Assembly (NCBI GenBank): GCA_963815115.1
Contig: CAWFFN010000009.1
Span: 1,312,001-1,376,000 of the forward strand
DNA: 64,000 nucleotides
Reading direction: 5' to 3'
Source: an uncultured delta proteobacterium
GTDB taxonomy: Bacteria > Desulfobacterota > Binatia > DP-6
Under the pieces are notes generated by a model, which was given only the letters and a program-made list of their open reading frames with translations, did not search any database and was not told the DNA's origin. The number at the start of each line of letters is the position of its first letter. Position 1 is the first letter of the stretch. Made by a program: the position numbers and the translations under genes. This document shows positions 57,880 through 64,000 of this stretch, in pieces.

Positions 57880-60360
57880 ATGCAGGTTTCGCGCGCGATC
57901 GTGGTGGTGATGAGCGTGCTCCTCCTGACGGCGGGAGGGTCGCGGAGCGGCCGGCCGCGAGCAGGACGCTGCCAGGACGGTCGTTTCGAGGTCGCAGCGA
58001 GTGACGCGCAGCGTATCGCCGACCTGGTCGGTGAGGCGCCGGTCGCCGCCGAGCTGAGCGGGCGGCGGCTCACGCTGGGAAGCTGCGCGGCGGTCCCGGC
58101 CCGAGTGAAATCCCACCGGCGCTTCACGGCGGTCCGCGCTCGTTGGCCGCGGTGCCTCGGCACTCGAGGCCTCCGGTTCATCGGCCGAATTCCGGCACCG
58201 GCGTGCGACGAGCTGTCGGCGGTGCTCCGCGGGCGTTTTCCCGGGCGGCGGCACTTCACCGCGATCCGCGCGCCGCGACCGCCGTCGCAAGCATTGATCG
58301 CGACCGCGTTGCGCGATGGCGTCATCGACTACCCGACGTCGCTCGTCTATCGCACCTGGGCGCTCTTCCACGATCCGCGACTGCCCGAGGCGTTCGACGG
58401 CTCGGGCCCGGCCGGTGACGACGGATTGCTCTTCGCCGAGGTGCGCGTGATGGCGGCTGCCCTGCCGCCGCCTGCCCGGGCGGAGATCGAGGCGTACCTG
58501 CTCAGACCGGACGATCCTCGCAGCCCCTTCGGCCCGTCCGTCGCCGCCCGCGACGGCCGCGCGGCGAGCGCCGAGCGCGGCGCAGACGTCGCCACGGGTT
58601 GCACCAGCCATTGGAGCGGCGTCGTGACGCCCCGCGGCCATTTCAAGATCTGGCTCTGCGCCACCGCGGACTCGGCAGCGGACGAGAGCGTACGCAGCTA
58701 CGTAGCCGCGCTGGCCGACGATTTCTGGGACGCGATGACGCCGGCCATGGGGCCACCACGGCCCGACGCCGACGGCGGCGACGATCGAGTCGACGTCTAC
58801 GTGCTCGGTCCGAACCAATGTCGAGTGCGTGAGGGCGAGTGCCTGCCCATCCCAGGCAGCGCCGTCGCCGCAGCCTATCCGGTGGCGCCGTTCGCCTCGA
58901 ACGGCCGCGGCGGGCAGGTCGCGAGCGGCGTCATCGTGGTCGATCGGACGCGCATTGCCGACCTTGCCGCGGACCTCGCACACGAGTTCTTCCACGTCCT
59001 GCAGTTCGCGCACAACGAGGCGGCGCGGCTCATCGACACCGGCCAGCGCCTCGGCGACGTCCCGGTGCTCGACGGAAGCTGGTTCGTCGAGGCCTCTGCC
59101 ACCTGGGCCGAGTGGTGGTGGGCGCCGGCGACCCGCCGCACCCTGCACCAGGCGAACTTTGTCGGCCGGTTCCAGGGCGCCGTCGCGTCCTTGCTGACGA
59201 CCGACCCGCCGCTCCACCCCTACGGCGCGTACATCTGGCCGTATTTCGTGCACCAGGAGCGCGGCGCCGCTGCCGTCGTCCAGGCATGGTTCGACGCGGA
59301 GCCGGCGACGACGCCGGTCGGGATCGACGACGCGGTGGATGCCCAGCTGCCGTTCACCACGGCGTTCCGGGACTTCGCCGTCCGCAACCTGAACGTCGAC
59401 CTCCCCGGCAACCCGCTGGGCACCCGCTACGTCGCACAGGATCCCGACAACTTCCCCGACGACGTCCCGCCCCGGCAGGTGACCGACGACGGCAGCCCGC
59501 TCGTCGTGTTGCCGGAGACGAGTCTCAGCCAGCCGGTCGGCGTCGAGCCGTTGGCGGCGCAGTATGATCGCCTGCTGGTCGACCCGGGCGTCGAGGGGCT
59601 CGAGATCGACTTCGGCGGTGTCACGCCGGCGGCCACACTCGACGTCGACGCGATCGTCGAGGTCGGCGGGACGTGGCGCCGTGTGCGGGCGTCGGGTGGC
59701 CGCCTGGCGTTCTGCCGCCTGCGGCCCGAGGAGGCGGTCGATCAGCTCTACCTCGTCCTGGCCAACCATGACCGGACCCGTGCGGCGCGCGGAGGACCAG
59801 GGCCTGCGGTGGCGGGAACCTACGACGTCACGACCGGACCGTGCGCCGTCACGACCACGACGACGACGTCCCCGACGAGCACGTCGCTCGCGCCCGGGTG
59901 CTCGGATCGCGATCGCTGGCACGCACGGCTCGAGATCGACGAGAGCGGCGTCCGTCCCACCCACGTCGTCCGAACGGTGAGGGAGGTCGACGGGCACGGC
60001 GGCGCGCGGGGGAGCTACACGGTCCACGAGACATCGGAGCTCGACGACGGCGGTACCATCGAGCGCGACTACTCGGGCGCGGGCTTCTACATCGGCGGGG
60101 GGCAGGTCCGCGCCTGTGGCGACGACGGGACCCTCCTGTGGGCCGACGACGCCGCCGAGGTCACCTTTTCCATCAGCTGTGCGCCCGGGAGCGACCCGAC
60201 GCAGCTCGAGACGGCGCGAACCCGGCTGGTGTGCGACAACTGCCTCTGCGTCGTCTTCGCGGAGGACCACCACGGCGGCTGGCTCTGTTGTCCGGCGGTC
60301 CCCGATCCGCTCGTGTGCCAGGGGGCCTGGCGGCTGACGACCGGCGGCGTGTGCCCGTGA
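57880..60360 (+). CDS. Secreted putative zinc metallopeptidase (HEXXH, gluzincin-like)
   Basis: Signal-like N-terminus; AHEFFHVLQF followed by WFVEASATWAE; Thr-rich linker; Cys-rich C-terminus. Confidence 0.75.
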   Translation: MQVSRAIVVVMSVLLLTAGGSRSGRPRAGRCQDGRFEVAASDAQRIADLVGEAPVAAELSGRRLTLGSCAAVPARVKSHRRFTAVRARWPRCLGTRGLRFIGRIPAPACDELSAVLRGRFPGRRHFTAIRAPRPPSQALIATALRDGVIDYPTSLVYRTWALFHDPRLPEAFDGSGPAGDDGLLFAEVRVMAAALPPPARAEIEAYLLRPDDPRSPFGPSVAARDGRAASAERGADVATGCTSHWSGVVTPRGHFKIWLCATADSAADESVRSYVAALADDFWDAMTPAMGPPRPDADGGDDRVDVYVLGPNQCRVREGECLPIPGSAVAAAYPVAPFASNGRGGQVASGVIVVDRTRIADLAADLAHEFFHVLQFAHNEAARLIDTGQRLGDVPVLDGSWFVEASATWAEWWWAPATRRTLHQANFVGRFQGAVASLLTTDPPLHPYGAYIWPYFVHQERGAAAVVQAWFDAEPATTPVGIDDAVDAQLPFTTAFRDFAVRNLNVDLPGNPLGTRYVAQDPDNFPDDVPPRQVTDDGSPLVVLPETSLSQPVGVEPLAAQYDRLLVDPGVEGLEIDFGGVTPAATLDVDAIVEVGGTWRRVRASGGRLAFCRLRPEEAVDQLYLVLANHDRTRAARGGPGPAVAGTYDVTTGPCAVTTTTTTSPTSTSLAPGCSDRDRWHARLEIDESGVRPTHVVRTVREVDGHGGARGSYTVHETSELDDGGTIERDYSGAGFYIGGGQVRACGDDGTLLWADDAAEVTFSISCAPGSDPTQLETARTRLVCDNCLCVVFAEDHHGGWLCCPAVPDPLVCQGAWRLTTGGVCP

Positions 60361-60439
60361 GTCTGGCCCCGCCTCGGCCCTGTCTCCCTCCACCCTGCCA
60401 GCTCTGGGCCAGCTCTGGCGGCCCCCAGCCGCGCTGCGC

Positions 60440-60619
60440 TCAGTGATTGTTCGCGTCGACCTCGACGATCGTACCGCAGATCACCGCGCGGAGGAGCAGC
60501 TCGCCGCGGTCCCCCGGGACGTCCCGGATGAAGGCGAGGGGGTCCGGGCTCGCATGCCCTTGCACGTCGCCGCGGTCGTCCATGTAGACGCTCAGGTAGG
60601 TATGGCGGCACTCGGCCAT
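60440..60619 (-). CDS. Small hypothetical protein (59 aa), absent from the ORF track
   Basis: ATG to TGA encoding MAECRHTYLSVYMDDRGDVQGHASPDPLAFIRDVPGDRGELLLRAVICGTIVEVDANNH; G/C-ending codons; purine-rich GAGCGGGA upstream. Confidence 0.55.
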   Translation of the reverse strand: MAECRHTYLSVYMDDRGDVQGHASPDPLAFIRDVPGDRGELLLRAVICGTIVEVDANNH

Positions 60620-60932
60620 GCGATCCCGCTCGCCGGCTTATCAGGGCCGGCCCGGGTCGAGCGGGCGGAGCTGCGTCCCGTGGCCGGCGCCTGGGTCGAC
60701 GGTGCCGCGGGGCCTGGTCGTCACGGTCGGTATGGTCTGCTTCATCGGTCATTCACTGCTTCGCGTTGATGGGTGCGTCGGAAGGGCCTTCGGTTCGACC
60801 CACCGCGCTTCACGGACACCGCCATGGGGAGGCGAATGACGTGCTGGCGCTCGCGCAATGCTCTACCCACCTCTGCTGACGATTCACAAGTACACGAAGG
60901 TGGAAAAATGCAGTCGGACTAGATCAGTGCGG

Positions 60933-61670
60933 CTAGAGCGGCCTAGTCAGCCCGTGCCGCGCGGCGTAGAGGGCGACCGCGACGCGGTCCCGAACACCGA
61001 GCTTGCGAAACACGGACTGCAGCCGTTTCTTGATCGCGTCCTCGGTGACGAAGAGCTTGCGTGCAATATCGCCGTTGCGCAGTCCCGCCCCGACGAGCGT
61101 GACGACCTCCAGCTCGCGCGGTGACAACGCATGCTGGTCCGCGGCCAGCGCCGCCGCCGCGCGCGCCGCGAATCCCGTCGGTCGAACCGCCACCTCCATG
61201 ACGAGGCCGTCGACGCGTGACGGCTCGACCGGCTCCCTGGGCGTATCCACCAACCCCGGCGCCGGTCCGGGTCGTACGGCGAAGTGCCTCTCGAGGTCAG
61301 CGGGTGCCGGTTCGCGATCGTCGGGCAACACCACGCCGACGTTGTAGAGCGGCAGCCGCTGGTCCGTCGGGACAGGGAAGCGACGGATCGCGACGCGTGC
61401 CGGGACGACTCGGCCGCCTCTTCCTCGCAGGCGGTAACAGGCGATTCGGACGTCGCGCACCGAGAGGACGGACTCCACGTCCGCGAAGAGGGCCCGGTTC
61501 AGCGGGCGGGCCCACCTGGCATCGGCGGGGTGCGTGAAGTCGAGGAGGTCGGCGCGGCACAGGTCGTCCACGTCGGTCTCGAGGACAGCGGAGAAAGCCG
61601 CGTTGACCCCCAAGAGCGCCGCCCCGCGTCCCACGATGGCCAGGGGCAGGTCTTCTCCTTCTCGGCCCAT
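60933..61670 (-). CDS. PAS-domain LuxR/NarL-type transcriptional regulator
   Basis: PAS-like VNAAF...FTHPAD; HTH LSPRELEVV...GLRNGDIARKLFVTE...KLGVRDR. Confidence 0.85.
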   Translation of the reverse strand: MGREGEDLPLAIVGRGAALLGVNAAFSAVLETDVDDLCRADLLDFTHPADARWARPLNRALFADVESVLSVRDVRIACYRLRGRGGRVVPARVAIRRFPVPTDQRLPLYNVGVVLPDDREPAPADLERHFAVRPGPAPGLVDTPREPVEPSRVDGLVMEVAVRPTGFAARAAAALAADQHALSPRELEVVTLVGAGLRNGDIARKLFVTEDAIKKRLQSVFRKLGVRDRVAVALYAARHGLTRPL

Positions 61671-61810
61671 GCGATGTGAGGTACCTCGACGGACGCGACC
61701 CTCTCATTGTGTCGCTCGTTCACAACACGCCTCGAGCATCGGACATGGCAAGCGCCCGAGCTTCCCCCCGGTACGACGATACGTTGAAGCTCCGTAACGG
61801 GCGCGTCGCC

Positions 61811-62590
61811 TCAGATCAGTCCCGCGTACGAGCCGCCGTCGAGCTGCAGGTTCTGACCCGAGACGAATCCGGCCTGCGCGCTGCACAGGTACAGGCACGC
61901 CGCGGCGAGCTCCTCGGGCGTGCCGAGACGATTCGCCGCGATCGACGCGGCGATGTCGCGGTACGCCTCCTCGACCGAGACGCCGCGCGCGGCCGCCTGC
62001 AGGCCGGCCATGAAGCGCTGGCGATCCGTGTCGATGCGTTCGGGGAGGAGGTTGTTGATGGTGACGTTGTCGCGCGCCACCTCGCGCGACAGCCCCTTGC
62101 AGACGGCGGTGAGCGCGCTGCGCGCCGCCGTCGAGAGGCCCATCAGCGGATGCGGCGACTTCACCATCGCCGAGGTGATGTTGACGATGCGGCCGAAGCG
62201 CCGCGCCCGCATGCCCTCGATCACGGCGCGGATCACGAGGACCGGCGCCAGGAGGTTCTGCTCGAGGGCCGCCAGCCAGGCCGCGTGATCCCAGTCCTCG
62301 AAGCGACCCGGCATGGGGCCGCCGTTGTTGGTGATCAGGATGTCGGGCTCTGCGCAGGCGGCGACCAGGCGATCGCGTCCCTCCTCGGTGCAGAGGTCGG
62401 CGACGACCGGTGTGACCCGGACGCCCGTCTCGTCACGTATCGCCGCGGCCGTGGCCTCGACCCGCTCGACGTCGCGCCCGTTGACCACCACCGCGACGCC
62501 TTCGCGCGCCAGAGCCATGGCGCAGGCCCGGCCCAGCCCGCGGCTCGAGGCACACACGATTGCCTGCCGTCCTTCGAGTCCGAGATCCAT
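61811..62590 (-). CDS. SDR family oxidoreductase (3-oxoacyl-ACP reductase-like, atypical)
   Basis: MDLGLEGR, ASSRGLG, NNGGP, GRIVNITS, DTDR, DGG. Confidence 0.9.
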   Translation of the reverse strand: MDLGLEGRQAIVCASSRGLGRACAMALAREGVAVVVNGRDVERVEATAAAIRDETGVRVTPVVADLCTEEGRDRLVAACAEPDILITNNGGPMPGRFEDWDHAAWLAALEQNLLAPVLVIRAVIEGMRARRFGRIVNITSAMVKSPHPLMGLSTAARSALTAVCKGLSREVARDNVTINNLLPERIDTDRQRFMAGLQAAARGVSVEEAYRDIAASIAANRLGTPEELAAACLYLCSAQAGFVSGQNLQLDGGSYAGLI

Positions 62591-62610
62591 CGCTTGCGCT
62601 CCGTTCGCCG

Positions 62611-64000
<1,390 letters not shown>

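Noticed and set aside
60397-60418. Tandem 11-bp repeat GCCAGCTCTGG x2
   Set aside because: Only two copies with no spacers; not a CRISPR array and no mobile element nearby.

Overview
Very GC-rich bacterial chromosomal segment. Gene order and protein style suggest a Deltaproteobacteria-like lineage (Candidatus Binatia or a Myxococcota relative); this is inference only. Bases 1-41.3 kb are mostly housekeeping: three tandem Hsp20 genes, glpK, rpmE-prfA-prmC-murA-hisDBHAF, trxB/moaC/rlmI/radC/ssb, plsC-rnj-ftsK-MFS-lolA-yajQ-rimO-dksA, glycerate kinase-queE-glpD-nth, thrB-metF-folE and an Mla/Pqi ABC transporter. From 41.4 kb there is a 1397-aa multi-Cache membrane protein with no recognisable output domain, adk, and a clear ZMP/ZTP (pfl) riboswitch heading a class-V aminotransferase-serA-purA operon. 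After purA comes an accessory-looking stretch: a divergent HTH-citrate synthase / CBS-citrate synthase pair around a nested palindromic operator, two DUF2867-like genes with an orphan TetR-like operator, two large secreted proteases, a 59-aa ORF missed by the ORF track, a PAS-LuxR regulator, an SDR and a frameshifted FAD monooxygenase. No rRNA, tRNA, CRISPR array, integrase or transposase was recognised. All calls come from reading motifs by eye; no database searches were run.
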